Assembly (NCBI GenBank): GCA_041650615.1
Contig: JBAZKU010000001.1
Location: 386,360 to 450,359, forward strand
DNA: 64,000 nt
Direction: 5' to 3'
Source of the DNA: Minisyncoccota bacterium
Lineage (GTDB): Bacteria > Patescibacteriota > Minisyncoccia > Phycocordibacterales > UBA9973
A program made the translations under genes and the position numbers. Below the pieces are notes generated by a model. That model was given only the letters and a program-made list of their open reading frames with translations. It made no database searches and was not told the DNA's origin. How positions within the stretch are numbered: the first letter of the stretch is position 1; the number at the start of each line of letters is the position of its first letter. This document shows, one piece after another, positions 17,641 to 27,959 of the stretch.

Positions 17641-18231
17641 TTATGAACTTGATTTCTTTTCACTTGTTTTACCGTCTTCAGGTAAAACCATTTCTTTATT
17701 GGCAATAATAACCTTTTCCGGAATCAGCTTTGTATATTTTGAAGAAATTTGAGCAAGTGCCGCCATAACCGCTTTGGCGTTGTTTAATTTATTTTTACTT
17801 CCGGATAAAATTTTTCCCGTTACATCTTTCATCCCAGATAATTTTATAATGTCCCGAACTACCGTTCCTGCCACCAACCCACGGCTTTTGTTTGGCATAA
17901 TTACAACACGTGAACTTGAAAATTTAGCGGAAACCTCATAAGGAAGAGACATGGTTTTTGTAAGTTTTAATTTAACCATATTTTTCTTGGCATTTCTTAT
18001 CGCTTTATTTATAGCCAAAGAAGTATCACCCGCCTTTCCTAAGCCCAGACCAACAGAACCTTTCTTGTCTCCTATAACCATGGCAACACTAAAGGAAAAC
18101 CTGCGTCCTCCAGCTACGACACGAGTAACGCGACGAATACTTAAAATCTTTTGATCAAATTCCGGTTTTGGTCTACCAAAAGATGAAGATCGACGATTGC
18201 TATTCTTTTTTTTATTTTCTTCTTCTGCCAT
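17641..18231 (-). CDS. rpsE: 30S ribosomal protein S5
   Basis: RVTRVVAGGRRFSFSVAMVIGDKKG; no L30 gene between S5 and L15. Confidence 0.9.
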   Translation of the reverse strand: MAEEENKKKNSNRRSSSFGRPKPEFDQKILSIRRVTRVVAGGRRFSFSVAMVIGDKKGSVGLGLGKAGDTSLAINKAIRNAKKNMVKLKLTKTMSLPYEVSAKFSSSRVVIMPNKSRGLVAGTVVRDIIKLSGMKDVTGKILSGSKNKLNNAKAVMAALAQISSKYTKLIPEKVIIANKEMVLPEDGKTSEKKSSS

Positions 18232-18248
18232 ATATTTTATCTTATTGA

Positions 18249-18590
18249 TTAAAATTTAAGTCCGGCGGCTCGCGCTTCATCGGCTACTAATTTGATACGT
18301 CCAGTATATTTAAATCCATTTCGGTCAAAAACAACTTTATTGATTTTTATCTTATTGCAAGCTTCTGCAATCATCTGACCTACTTGTTTAGCCCGCTCAG
18401 TCTTTGTCCCTTTTATTATTTTAACATCACTAGCCTGTGTTAAAGTTTTTCCTGTTTTATCGTCTATAATTTGCGCATAAATAAATTTATTGGAACGAAA
18501 AACAGAGAGTCTCGGGCATTTTGAAGTCCCCGCAATCTTTGCCCGAATTTTTGCTTTTAACCTTATTCTCTTTTCGTCTTTTTTAATCAT
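18249..18590 (-). CDS. rplR: 50S ribosomal protein L18
   Basis: RLSVFRSNKFIYAQIIDD. Confidence 0.9.
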   Translation of the reverse strand: MIKKDEKRIRLKAKIRAKIAGTSKCPRLSVFRSNKFIYAQIIDDKTGKTLTQASDVKIIKGTKTERAKQVGQMIAEACNKIKINKVVFDRNGFKYTGRIKLVADEARAAGLKF

Positions 18591-18595
18591 TGATT

Positions 18596-19144
18596 TTAGG
18601 CTGTTTTCTTGCCTTGTTTTCGTCTGATAATTTCTCCCTCATAACGCATTCCCTTGCCTTTATATGGTTCCGGTTTTTTCAATGCGCGGATGGCTGCCGT
18701 AAAACTTCCCACTAATTCTTTATCAATTCCTGTAATGGTAATATTGTTTTTTTCAGCTGTGGCCGTAATGCCTTCCGGAATGGCAACAACAACTGGATGA
18801 GAAAACCCTAAAGCAAAATTAAATTCTTTTCCTTTTACCTCGGACTTAAATCCCACTCCCTCTAAAATTAATTTTTTTTGGTATGGCGTTTCTACCCCCT
18901 TTATCATATTTTTTATGTGCGAAGCATAAGTGCCCCAGAGAGATTTGGAAAATTTGTCATTTCTTTTTATGTTTAAAGTTATTATCTTATCTCCTATATT
19001 AAAAATAATGTCATCTCTAAAAGTTTTAGTGATTGTGCCTTTGGGACCTACCACTTTTAAAATATTGCCACTTTTTGTGACTGTTACTCCTTTGGGTATT
19101 TGTATTTCTTGTTTACCAATTCTGCTCATAAAATTTTTTACCAA
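18596..19144 (-). CDS. rplF: 50S ribosomal protein L6
   Basis: sequence family plus order. Confidence 0.9.
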   Translation of the reverse strand: MVKNFMSRIGKQEIQIPKGVTVTKSGNILKVVGPKGTITKTFRDDIIFNIGDKIITLNIKRNDKFSKSLWGTYASHIKNMIKGVETPYQKKLILEGVGFKSEVKGKEFNFALGFSHPVVVAIPEGITATAEKNNITITGIDKELVGSFTAAIRALKKPEPYKGKGMRYEGEIIRRKQGKKTA

Positions 19145-19524
19145 ATTTTAAACAACGCTTCGCCTCCGACCTGCTCTTTTCTTGCTTCTTTCCCTGACAA
19201 AATTCCTTTTGGTGTTGAAAGCACAAGAAGTCCAGACCCATTTCTAACCGAATGAATGTCTTTCATTTTAAAATAAATGCGACGGGACTGCTTGGAAATT
19301 CTTTCTACTTCGGTAATTTTTGGTTTCTTGTTTACATAAATCAATTCAACCTCCAAAACTGGGAAACCTTTTTTAACTTTCTTTGAAACTTGGTCCACAT
19401 ATTTCTCTTTTTTAAGACATTCGGCAATAGCATTTTTCACATTAGAATATGGAAAAGAAACGGATTCCTTTCCGGCAAGGCTTGCATTCTTCAGCATTAT
19501 TATCATATTTGAAATTGAATCCAT
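19138..19524 (-). CDS. rpsH: 30S ribosomal protein S8
   Basis: sequence family plus order. Confidence 0.9.
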   Translation of the reverse strand: MDSISNMIIMLKNASLAGKESVSFPYSNVKNAIAECLKKEKYVDQVSKKVKKGFPVLEVELIYVNKKPKITEVERISKQSRRIYFKMKDIHSVRNGSGLLVLSTPKGILSGKEARKEQVGGEALFKIW

Positions 19525-19547
19525 AAAGTTTAATTATTTATATTGAA

Positions 19548-19733
19548 CTACCAGCTTGATTTACGAACACCCGGAAGCATTCCTTCATTGGCTAATTCTC
19601 TAAAGCAGATACGGCATACGCCAAAATCTCTCATAAAACCATTCCCTCGCCCGCAACGAAAACATCGATTTTTTTGTCGAGTAGAAAATTTTGGTTTCTT
19701 TAAAGCTCTGGCTTTTACTGATGTTTTTGCCAT
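19548..19733 (-). CDS. rpsZ: 30S ribosomal protein S14 type Z (zinc-binding)
   Basis: CxxC...CxxC (CFRCGR...CRIC), 61 aa. Confidence 0.9.
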   Translation of the reverse strand: MAKTSVKARALKKPKFSTRQKNRCFRCGRGNGFMRDFGVCRICFRELANEGMLPGVRKSSW

Positions 19734-19873
19734 AATTAAAATAATGCCTATTTATATAGATGATATCGTGTATTTTTTCTTAAAACCTCATTTAAGGACT
19801 TGAGGAGAAATACAGATCAACCTATCTCTTAGACTCATTTATCCTAGCAAATAAAAAGAAAAGAGTCAAATTC

Positions 19874-20449
19874 TTATTTTTTCTTTTTTTCTTTAATTTC
19901 CTCTTCTTTTTTGAAAGGAATACCTATGAGTTCAAAGAAGGCTTTGCCCTCTTTTTTATTCTTTGCCGTAGAAACCAAAGTAATAGCAAGTCCGAAGACA
20001 TCTCTGATATCCTCATCGGCTGTTTCTGGGAAAATAGTGTGTTCCTTAATACCTATTGTCAGATTGCCAATATTATCTACCGCTCTTGGATTAATCCCGC
20101 GAAAATCTTTGGTGCGAGGAAGTGCAATGTTTATTAATTTTTCCAAAAAAGCATACATCCTTTTTCCGCGCAAGGTGACAATCACTCCAATCGGGTCACC
20201 TTGTCTGACCTTAAAAGAAGCGACAGATTGCTTAGCCCCCCTTAAAGCTCCTTTTTGGCCGGTAATTTTTGCCAAGCGCTCTCCGATAGCTTCATTTTTA
20301 TTTTTATCTTTTTTAATAGCTGTCCCGGTACCAACATTTAAAACAACTTTCACCATTCTAGGCGCAGCCATGCTATTTTTATAATGAAAATTGCTTTTCA
20401 TTTTTTCAAAAACTAACGCTTCTTTTTCTTTTACTGTTAAATGTTTCAT
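19874..20449 (-). CDS. rplE: 50S ribosomal protein L5
   Basis: sequence family plus order. Confidence 0.9.
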   Translation of the reverse strand: MKHLTVKEKEALVFEKMKSNFHYKNSMAAPRMVKVVLNVGTGTAIKKDKNKNEAIGERLAKITGQKGALRGAKQSVASFKVRQGDPIGVIVTLRGKRMYAFLEKLINIALPRTKDFRGINPRAVDNIGNLTIGIKEHTIFPETADEDIRDVFGLAITLVSTAKNKKEGKAFFELIGIPFKKEEEIKEKKKK

Positions 20450-20459
20450 ATGTAATTAA

Positions 20460-20765
20460 TTAAATTTCTTGACCGCTTTTTTTAGTGATTCTGACCATTT
20501 TATCACCAACTTTCTTTTTCCCAACGCGAGTTCTAAAATCTGTTTTGGGGTCCAAAAGCATAACATTTGAAGCGTGCATTGGCATAGCAATATCTATCTT
20601 AACCCCTTTCTCTCCGGACTTTTTCGGACGCTGATGTTTTTTCATCATATTTATCCCTTCTACCACAACTTTATTTTTATCAACCAAAACAGCCACAATC
20701 TTGCCTTTCTTGCCTTTGTCTTTCCCAGCTATGACTATTATATTGTCTCCTTTTTTTAATTTCAT
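20460..20765 (-). CDS. rplX: 50S ribosomal protein L24
   Basis: KKGDNIIVIAGKDKGKKGKI. Confidence 0.9.
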   Translation of the reverse strand: MKLKKGDNIIVIAGKDKGKKGKIVAVLVDKNKVVVEGINMMKKHQRPKKSGEKGVKIDIAMPMHASNVMLLDPKTDFRTRVGKKKVGDKMVRITKKSGQEI

Positions 20766-20777
20766 ATGTATTTTTAT

Positions 20778-21149
20778 TTAAATTACTTCCGGGGCTAAAG
20801 AAATTATTTTCTGAAATCCTTTTTCAGCAAGTTCTCTTGGAATCGGTCCAAAGACACGTCCAGCTTTTGGATCAAGTTTCCCTTTTTCTAATAAAACTAC
20901 GGCATTGTCGTCAAAACGAATATAAGACCCATCTTTTCTCCTGTAAGCATTTCTGGTACGCACTACCACAGCTTGATGCACATCCTTTTTCTTTACATCT
21001 TTTCTCGGACTAGCAATCTTTACAGAAATAACAACCAAATCTCCAAGGGTTGCATATCTTTTTTTTGAACTGCCTAAAATCTTGAACACTTTGCCTACAG
21101 TGCCTCCTGCATTATCTGTTATTTTTACCAATGTTTCTGTTTGAATCAT
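20778..21149 (-). CDS. rplN: 50S ribosomal protein L14
   Basis: MIQTETLVKITDNAGG. Confidence 0.92.
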   Translation of the reverse strand: MIQTETLVKITDNAGGTVGKVFKILGSSKKRYATLGDLVVISVKIASPRKDVKKKDVHQAVVVRTRNAYRRKDGSYIRFDDNAVVLLEKGKLDPKAGRVFGPIPRELAEKGFQKIISLAPEVI

Positions 21150-21154
21150 ACCTG

Positions 21155-21170
21155 TCCGCCCTTGGCGGAA
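21155..21170. repeat. GC hairpin motif TCCGCCCTTGGCGGAA (family 4), 5 nt upstream of the rplN start
   Basis: Exact 16-mer; gene-strand reading TTCCGCCAAGGGCGGACAGGT-ATG. Confidence 0.5.
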
Positions 21171-21175
21171 AATTA

Positions 21176-21439
21176 TTATTTATAAACGACCCGAAATTTT
21201 TTATCTTTCGAAATGGGTCTGGTTTCAACTATTTCTACTTTGTCTCCTATTTTATATTTGTTTTCTTCATCATGCGCTTTATATTTTTTATTTATTTTAT
21301 AAAACTTCCCATATTTTGGATGCTTTACAAATCGAGAAATAGAAACCACTACGGTCTTGTCCATCTTGTCTGAAACAACCACTCCTCTCAAAAGAGAGCC
21401 ATTATTCTTTTCTATTTCTTTTTTCGCTTTTATTGCCAT
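21176..21439 (-). CDS. rpsQ: 30S ribosomal protein S17
   Basis: sequence family plus order. Confidence 0.9.
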   Translation of the reverse strand: MAIKAKKEIEKNNGSLLRGVVVSDKMDKTVVVSISRFVKHPKYGKFYKINKKYKAHDEENKYKIGDKVEIVETRPISKDKKFRVVYK

Positions 21440-21442
21440 ATA

Positions 21443-21640
21443 TTATTTTTTTCTATTTATCTCTGTTAAAATTCTGGCTACTTGTTTCCTTAAATTTACA
21501 GATTCTTTGACATTTTTTGATTTTGACCCCTGTGCCTTAAACCGTAAAACTCTTATATTTTCCTCTAAATCAATAAGCCTTTTCTTAAGCTCGTCTTCTT
21601 TCATCCCTTTTAAATTTTCCGTCTTTTTTGTTTTAGCCAT
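21443..21640 (-). CDS. rpmC: 50S ribosomal protein L29
   Basis: start set at MAKTKK; coiled small protein in the correct position. Confidence 0.8.
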   Translation of the reverse strand: MAKTKKTENLKGMKEDELKKRLIDLEENIRVLRFKAQGSKSKNVKESVNLRKQVARILTEINRKK

Positions 21641-21644
21641 ATAA

Positions 21645-22073
21645 TTATATATTATGAACTCTTGAAACAATTCTAGTTTTGACCGGAAGTTTAGTTCCGG
21701 CTTTCCTTAATGCCTCATAAGCTACTACTTTTTCCACTCCATCTACTTCAAATATAATACGTCCAGGGTAAACATCAAAACAATATCCCTGCGGGTCTCC
21801 TTTCCCTTTTCCCATTCCCATTTCCGCAGCTTTGGCGGTAAAAGGTCTGTCCGGAAAGATACGAACCCAATATTTGCCCGCTTTGGTTAAGGTACGGGAT
21901 ATTACCTTTCTGGCAGATTCAATCTGATTTGATTTGACGCGCGCTTGGGTTAAAGCTTTGAGTCCGTAAGAACCGAAGGAAAGCTTTGTCCCTCGAGTTT
22001 CCGGCGTGGTTGCTTTTGGATTACTGCGCCCCGTTTGCCATTTTCTAAATTTTACTTTTTTAGGTAATAACAT
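21645..22073 (-). CDS. rplP: 50S ribosomal protein L16
   Basis: MLLPKKVKFRKWQTGR. Confidence 0.92.
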   Translation of the reverse strand: MLLPKKVKFRKWQTGRSNPKATTPETRGTKLSFGSYGLKALTQARVKSNQIESARKVISRTLTKAGKYWVRIFPDRPFTAKAAEMGMGKGKGDPQGYCFDVYPGRIIFEVDGVEKVVAYEALRKAGTKLPVKTRIVSRVHNI

Positions 22074-22078
22074 ATATT

Positions 22079-22756
22079 TTAATTAATCTTTTCCTTTTTT
22101 TTATCTGCAAAAATTTTACCACGATAAATCCAAACTTTTATACCGACATCACCATATGGTAAATGGGCTTTCCCCCTTTTAAAATCTATATCCGCGCGGA
22201 AAGTTTGAAGGGGGATGCTTCCTCGCTTCAGTTCTTCTGTACGGGCAATTTCTGCTCCGCCCAACCTGCCGGAAAGCACTACTCTTACTCCTTGTACTCC
22301 ATGAGCGGTCATAACCTTTTCAACCATTTGTTTTATCACTCGGCGATAAGGCAATCTTTTTTCCAGTCCTTCGGCAATCATATAAGCAACGATTGTGGCA
22401 TCAGCCTCCGGGTTTCCTACTTCAACAATTTCAAGTTTAAAGTCTTCTGATTTTGTAAGTTTCAATTTACCAATCTTTTTTAAAATGTCTTCTTTCAGTT
22501 TAGTGACTCCTTCACCGTTTCGGCCAATGATAAGACCGGGGCGGGAAGTATGAATAATAAAACGAGTGGTTTTTTGATTTCTATCAATTTCAATTGAAGA
22601 AATATACATTCCTCGCAACTTTTTTTCTAAATATTCGCGTATCAAAACATCCCCTTTCAAGTAATCGCAGTATTTTTTGGGGTCGGCAAACCAATGAGAT
22701 TTCCAATCTCTTAACATTATCAACCTATGCGCATATGGATGGACTATTTTTGACAT
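22079..22756 (-). CDS. rpsC: 30S ribosomal protein S3
   Basis: KH domain GRNGEGVTKLKED. Confidence 0.92.
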   Translation of the reverse strand: MSKIVHPYAHRLIMLRDWKSHWFADPKKYCDYLKGDVLIREYLEKKLRGMYISSIEIDRNQKTTRFIIHTSRPGLIIGRNGEGVTKLKEDILKKIGKLKLTKSEDFKLEIVEVGNPEADATIVAYMIAEGLEKRLPYRRVIKQMVEKVMTAHGVQGVRVVLSGRLGGAEIARTEELKRGSIPLQTFRADIDFKRGKAHLPYGDVGIKVWIYRGKIFADKKKEKIN

Positions 22757-22758
22757 AA

Positions 22759-23151
22759 TTATTTCTTTACTCCAACTTTTGTCGGAGCTTTCTTATTTTT
22801 TTTTGCCTTTTCTTTAACCACTTTTGCAGCTTTTTCTCCTAAAACAAGCATCACATGGCTTGTACGTTTATTTATTCTATGCCCTACTCCCATAGCTGCC
22901 GGCATCATTCTTTTCATCACAATACCTTTATCCACTCGCAATTCTTTTATAAATAAATTCTCTTTTTCCTTTCCAGCCTGAAGCGCATTTGCCACTGCCG
23001 AAAGTAAAAGTTTTTTAATAGGAAATCCTGCGCGTTTAGCCAAAAAATCCAAAATAGCGATAGCTTCTTCCACGCTTTTCCCCTTAATCAATCCTGCGAC
23101 TAAACGTACTTTTCTCGGGGCTTGTCTGTAATTTTTTAAAAATGCTTTCAT
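22759..23151 (-). CDS. rplV: 50S ribosomal protein L22
   Basis: sequence family plus order. Confidence 0.9.
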   Translation of the reverse strand: MKAFLKNYRQAPRKVRLVAGLIKGKSVEEAIAILDFLAKRAGFPIKKLLLSAVANALQAGKEKENLFIKELRVDKGIVMKRMMPAAMGVGHRINKRTSHVMLVLGEKAAKVVKEKAKKNKKAPTKVGVKK

Positions 23152-23179
23152 AATAATTTATGTGGCGTTAAGCTTGTAG

Positions 23180-23530
23180 TTATTTTTTAGTGGTAGCGGC
23201 AGCGGCAGCTTCTGTTGCAGACTTAGCTTGGGTTATTTCAGCTTCTTTCTTCTTTTGCTCAAGTTCTTTCTGCATTTTTCCGCCGTGTTTTATGAATTTC
23301 TTTGTTGGGGAAAATTCTCCCAATCTGTGTCCGACCATATCTTCGGTTATTAACACTTCAACATGCACCTTGCCGTTATATACGCCAAAAATAAAACCTA
23401 CCATTTCAGGTGAAATCTGACAGGCTCTTTTCCAAGTTTTTATCATTGGAGTTTGAAGCGGGTTTTTGCCGGCTATCTTTTTTAAGAGTCCCTCATCAAT
23501 ATATAAACCCTTTTTAATTGATCTTGTCAT
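23180..23530 (-). CDS. rpsS: 30S ribosomal protein S19 with Ala/Lys-rich C-terminal tail
   Basis: GHRLGEFSPTKKFIKHGG; extra 25-aa tail. Confidence 0.9.
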   Translation of the reverse strand: MTRSIKKGLYIDEGLLKKIAGKNPLQTPMIKTWKRACQISPEMVGFIFGVYNGKVHVEVLITEDMVGHRLGEFSPTKKFIKHGGKMQKELEQKKKEAEITQAKSATEAAAAATTKK

Positions 23531-23616
23531 AACAAAAAGCTCCTAACGAGCTTGTTTTTATAATAGCAAAATACAAAATAAAGTCAAATAAAAGGCAAAA
23601 CTATGCTTTTTATTTT

Positions 23617-24468
23617 TTAAGCTTGTGTTTTCCTTGATTTGCCAGTTTTGCGGCGAGAAACAATAAATAGATTTGAATATTTCTTTGGACCGCGAGTTTT
23701 GCGTCCCCCGGTTACTTTGCCCCACATAGTCTTCGGACGCTTGGTACCACGGCCTTGTCTTCCTTCTCCCCCTCCATATGGATGGTCTACCGGGTTCATA
23801 GCAGTACCTCGGACAGTTGGTCTGATTCCCTTCCAGCGGCTGCGTCCAGCTTTACCGTAATTTTCCAGATGATGTTCTTCGTTTGAAACTGTTCCGATGG
23901 ATGCCCAGCAATTTTCATCTATCTTTCTGACTTCAGATGATGGCATCTTTAAATTCGTATAGCCATCGGCATTGGCCACTACCTGCGCAAAAATTCCCGC
24001 AGAACGGCCGATTTTTGCCCCACCTTTTGGCTTGATTTCAATATTATAAACAAAAGTTCCCACCGGAATATTTCGCAAGGGCAATCTATTACCAGTGGTA
24101 AGTTCCGCTTTTTCCGATACGATAAATGACATTCCCGGTTTTATGGATTTTGGGATTATTACATATTTTTTTTCTCCATCTTTGTAGACAGCTAGTCCAA
24201 TGAAAGCGCTGCGATTTGGATCATATTCAATAGATTTTATTTTCGCTGGAATATCTTTTTTGTTATATAAAAAATCTACATCGCGGTAAAGACGCTTATG
24301 CCCACTGCCTTTATGCCGCATGGTGATACGTCCGGCGCTATTTCTGCCGACAGAACGTCTAAAACCATAAGTAAGAGATTTGGTAGGGGTAGAGACAGTT
24401 AAAAAATCGCGATAATTAATATTCGTCATCTGCCTTCTTGATTTGCTTGTAGGTTTATATGATTTCAT
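23617..24468 (-). CDS. rplB: 50S ribosomal protein L2
   Basis: RNIPVGTFVYNIE, GGGEGRQGRG. Confidence 0.93.
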   Translation of the reverse strand: MKSYKPTSKSRRQMTNINYRDFLTVSTPTKSLTYGFRRSVGRNSAGRITMRHKGSGHKRLYRDVDFLYNKKDIPAKIKSIEYDPNRSAFIGLAVYKDGEKKYVIIPKSIKPGMSFIVSEKAELTTGNRLPLRNIPVGTFVYNIEIKPKGGAKIGRSAGIFAQVVANADGYTNLKMPSSEVRKIDENCWASIGTVSNEEHHLENYGKAGRSRWKGIRPTVRGTAMNPVDHPYGGGEGRQGRGTKRPKTMWGKVTGGRKTRGPKKYSNLFIVSRRKTGKSRKTQA

Positions 24469-24486
24469 CCAATTAATAAATATATG

Positions 24487-24768
24487 CTAAATAAATTCTA
24501 TTTTATCTTCTTTTTTAAAATAAACAATAGCTTTTTTGCCTCCTCCCCTTGTTCCTTTTTTACCTTTGGACATAATACTTTTATGTGGTACTGAAAGTAT
24601 ATTTATTCTTATCGGTTGTACCTTATAAAGAGAAAAAATAGCTTTTTTTATTTCTTTTTTATTGGCCGATGCTGCTACATTAAAAGTATAAACATTTTTT
24701 GCAGATGCATCGCTTGCTTTTTCAGTTATCCTCGGATTTTTAATTGTTTTTAAAATTATATCTGACAT
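24487..24768 (-). CDS. rplW: 50S ribosomal protein L23
   Basis: sequence family plus order. Confidence 0.88.
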   Translation of the reverse strand: MSDIILKTIKNPRITEKASDASAKNVYTFNVAASANKKEIKKAIFSLYKVQPIRINILSVPHKSIMSKGKKGTRGGGKKAIVYFKKEDKIEFI

Positions 24769-24778
24769 ATATTTAAAA

Positions 24779-25438
24779 TTATCCTCTGGATTCCAAAAAT
24801 TTTACGCTTTTTTCCGGATTTTCTATTAAAAGGTATTGATATTTTAAAACATCTAGTGGATTTATATTTTTAAGAAAAACTATTTCAAGCTGTGGTAAAT
24901 TTCTGAAACTCTTTTCTGCTTTTTCATTTCGTTCACATAGAGCAGTCAAAACTCTGGGCTTCTTTGAACTGGCGAGGGATTTCCAACTGGAAGCTTTTGA
25001 AAGATTTTTCATAACTTCCACCGCTTTTTTTGTTTTTGTTTCAGGGAGAGAGAGTGAGTCAACAAAAAGTATTTCACCGTCTTTCATTTTCTTGGAAAGA
25101 ACGGAGAAAAGAGCTTGGGCGCGCATTTTCTTTGAAATTTTTCTCTTATAATTCTTGTCGGAGAGTGGACCATGAGTGACTCCTCCTCCAACCCAGATAG
25201 GAGAACGAGATGATCCATGACGAGCGCGTCCAGTCCCCTTTTGTTTCCAAGGTTTTTTTCCCCCTCCTCTAACTTCGCTGCGATCTTTCGTATCTGCGGT
25301 TCCTGCGCGTTTATTTGAACGCATTCCTTCTACCACTTGATGCACTAAATCCGCGCGCCATTTGGCAGCAAAAACTTTTGAAGGCAAAGTAATTGTCCCT
25401 GCTGAAGTTCCTTTTTGATTGTATATTTTTGCTTCCAT
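24779..25438 (-). CDS. rplD: 50S ribosomal protein L4
   Basis: sequence family plus order. Confidence 0.9.
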   Translation of the reverse strand: MEAKIYNQKGTSAGTITLPSKVFAAKWRADLVHQVVEGMRSNKRAGTADTKDRSEVRGGGKKPWKQKGTGRARHGSSRSPIWVGGGVTHGPLSDKNYKRKISKKMRAQALFSVLSKKMKDGEILFVDSLSLPETKTKKAVEVMKNLSKASSWKSLASSKKPRVLTALCERNEKAEKSFRNLPQLEIVFLKNINPLDVLKYQYLLIENPEKSVKFLESRG

Positions 25439-25447
25439 TTATTTGTT

Positions 25448-26062
25448 TTAACGGCTTATAATTTCAACTAGACTTCCGCGCTTTCCTGCAATAGCTCCTT
25501 TTATAAGCATTGTATTATTTTCTTTGTCTATCAGTATTACTTTCAAATTTTTCTGGGTAATGCGATCACTCCCTGTTCTACCCGCCATTCTCATTCCTTT
25601 CGGCACGTGAGTACGCAAACCTCCGCCGATAGAACCTGGCTCTCTTTCAGAATGTTTTTGGCCATGCGATCGGGGACCTCCGTGAAAACCATGGCGCTTC
25701 ACAACACCTTGAAAACCTTTACCTTTTGAAACGCTTGAAACCTGAAGCTTGTCCCCTAAAGAAAAAATCGAAACATCAATGACATCTCCTTCTTTTGCGT
25801 CATTTTTATCCGCCGGTTTTAGTCTGAACTCTTTAAGATTCTTATAAAAAGCTCCCTTCATCGCTCCTTTCTCTCCTTTTGTAATTCTAGTTTCTTTTTG
25901 GACACCAAAACCAACTTGTACAGCATTGTAACCATCCTTGGACTTTTCAAAAACTTTAGTTACCATCACTGGGCCTGCTGAAACAACGGTTACTGGAAAA
26001 ACCTGCCCCTCGGGAGAAAAATACTCAGTCATATTCTCTTTTTTTCCAAGAATAAATTTCAT
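25448..26062 (-). CDS. rplC: 50S ribosomal protein L3
   Basis: sequence family plus order. Confidence 0.9.
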   Translation of the reverse strand: MKFILGKKENMTEYFSPEGQVFPVTVVSAGPVMVTKVFEKSKDGYNAVQVGFGVQKETRITKGEKGAMKGAFYKNLKEFRLKPADKNDAKEGDVIDVSIFSLGDKLQVSSVSKGKGFQGVVKRHGFHGGPRSHGQKHSEREPGSIGGGLRTHVPKGMRMAGRTGSDRITQKNLKVILIDKENNTMLIKGAIAGKRGSLVEIISR

Positions 26063-26081
26063 AATAACTATTTAATTGCTT

Positions 26082-26543
26082 CTAAAGCATCTTTACATCA
26101 ATATCCACTCCTGAAGGAAGAGATAGGTTAGTAAGCGCCTCAACTGTTTTTGGATTTGGATTTATAATATCAATTAATCTTTTGTGAACTCTTATTTCAA
26201 ATTGTTCTCGAGTATTTTTGTAAATAAAAGATGCGCGATTAACTGTGTATTTTTTAATTTCGGTCGGCAATGGTACTGGTCCGATTATTTCCGCATCATA
26301 ACGCATAGCCGTGTCTATAATTTGTTTGACCGAGCTATCAAGAATTTTACTTTCATACGCTCGTACACGTATGCGAAGTATTACTTTACTTTCTTCTCCG
26401 CTCACTCGGGCTGATTTCTTTTCTTTAAGAGGAGAAATCTTCTTTCCGTCTGAGGAGGATCCGCCCTTAGCGGAAACTTTTTTCACCTTCTCTTTATCAG
26501 TCAAGATTTTTGGCTTTTTTGTTTTTGTTTCTTTAGTTGCCAT
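26082..26543 (-). CDS. rpsJ: 30S ribosomal protein S10; the annotated 50-aa N-terminal extension is doubtful
   Basis: Core S10 begins near SKVILRIRVRAYESKILD; the extension contains the family-4 hairpin 26460-26475, so the true start may be the downstream in-frame GTG (V of VSGEES), about 20 nt 3' of the hairpin. Confidence 0.8.
   Translation of the reverse strand: MATKETKTKKPKILTDKEKVKKVSAKGGSSSDGKKISPLKEKKSARVSGEESKVILRIRVRAYESKILDSSVKQIIDTAMRYDAEIIGPVPLPTEIKKYTVNRASFIYKNTREQFEIRVHKRLIDIINPNPKTVEALTNLSLPSGVDIDVKML
26460..26475. repeat. GC hairpin motif TCCGCCCTTAGCGGAA (family 4), tuf-rpsJ junction
   Basis: 15/16 identity to the 7173 and 21155 copies. Confidence 0.5.
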
Positions 26544-26560
26544 GCAATTTTAACTCAAGT

Positions 26561-27751
26561 TTAACCCAGAATTTTTGTAACCACCCCTGCGCCAACAGTC
26601 TTACCTCCTTCACGAATAGCAAATTTTTGCGTTTCCTCAAGTGCAACTGGAGTAACTAGTTTAACTGTAATCTTTACTGTGTCTCCAGGCATAACCATTT
26701 CTACTCCTTCAGCCAAAGTAACATCACCGGTAACATCCGTTGTACGAATATAGAATTGAGGTTTATAACCTTTAAAAAATGGAGTATGACGTCCACCTTC
26801 TTCTTTTTTCAAAACATATATCTCGCAGGTAAAATGATCATGAGGAGTAACCGTACCCGGTTTTGCAAGAACTTGTCCGCGAGTAACATCTTCCTTCTTG
26901 AGTCCGCGAAGCAAAACTCCGGCATTATCTCCAGCCATACCTTCTTTAAGACTTTTGTTGAACATTTCAATACCGGTAACAACAGACTTTTGAGTAGGCT
27001 TGATTCCGACGATTTCTATTTCCTCGTCAACTTTTATTACTCCCCTTTCAATTTTTCCGGTAACAACCGTACCACGACCTTCAATGGAAAAGATATCTTC
27101 AACTGGCATAAGGAAAGGTTTGGATGTATCTCGCACTGGAATTGGAATATAAGTATCAAGAGCGTTGGTAAGTTCAAGAATCTTTTTTGCCCATTCATCG
27201 TCAAGAGATTTTGATTCAAGAGCCTTAAGAGCTGAACCTCTAATTATCGGGCAATCTTTGTCAAAACCTTGTTTAACGAGAAGTTCACGAATTTCTTCCT
27301 CTACCAAATCAATCATTTCTTTATCATCAACCATATCACACTTGTTTAAGAAAACGATTATTTTTGGCACACCCACTTGTTTTGCAAGCAGAACATGTTC
27401 GCGAGTCTGAGGCATAGCGCCATCACTTGCCGCAACTACCAAAATAGCACCGTCCATTTGAGCGGCACCAGTAATCATATTCTTAATGTAGTCAGCGTGT
27501 CCGGGAGCATCAATGTGCGCATAGTGACGGGCATCTGTAGCATATTCATTGTGGGAAATATTAATAGTGATTCCACGAGCTTTTTCTTCCGGAGCATTAT
27601 CAATCTGATCAACGCCACGAAGTCTGACTGTTTTACCAGCCATATTAAGCACATGTAATATTGCCGCAGTTAAAGTAGTTTTTCCATGGTCAACGTGACC
27701 GATGGTGCCAACATTTATATGCGGTTTATCTCTTTTAAATTCTTCTGCCAT
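26561..27751 (-). CDS. tuf: elongation factor Tu
   Basis: [25 protein letters not shown]. Confidence 0.95.
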   Translation of the reverse strand: MAEEFKRDKPHINVGTIGHVDHGKTTLTAAILHVLNMAGKTVRLRGVDQIDNAPEEKARGITINISHNEYATDARHYAHIDAPGHADYIKNMITGAAQMDGAILVVAASDGAMPQTREHVLLAKQVGVPKIIVFLNKCDMVDDKEMIDLVEEEIRELLVKQGFDKDCPIIRGSALKALESKSLDDEWAKKILELTNALDTYIPIPVRDTSKPFLMPVEDIFSIEGRGTVVTGKIERGVIKVDEEIEIVGIKPTQKSVVTGIEMFNKSLKEGMAGDNAGVLLRGLKKEDVTRGQVLAKPGTVTPHDHFTCEIYVLKKEEGGRHTPFFKGYKPQFYIRTTDVTGDVTLAEGVEMVMPGDTVKITVKLVTPVALEETQKFAIREGGKTVGAGVVTKILG

Positions 27752-27916
27752 ATTCTTATGATTAATGGTTAAAACTTAACATACGAGAACCAGTTGCTAA
27801 GGCTTAATCACTAATAAAATTAAACTAATAATAAAAAATGCAATAGAAAAACTGCAAAAGTGCAGTTGTTAGTATAGTAGCAAATTGATAAAAAATGTCA
27901 AATCCCCTAAAACTAC

Positions 27917-27953
27917 AAAACCCCTGGCAATATTACCAGGGGGTTTCTTTTGT
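27917..27953. terminator. rho-independent terminator hairpin CCCCTGG-N9-CCAGGGG with U-rich flanks
   Basis: Immediately 3' of the minus-strand 27960 gene, before tuf. Confidence 0.6.
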
Positions 27954-27959
27954 TTATTC

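Noticed and set aside
27917-27953. Hairpin first read as a plus-strand terminator although no plus-strand gene precedes it
   Set aside because: Re-read on the minus strand it is followed by a U-run and sits directly 3' of the 27960 gene; assigned to that gene instead.
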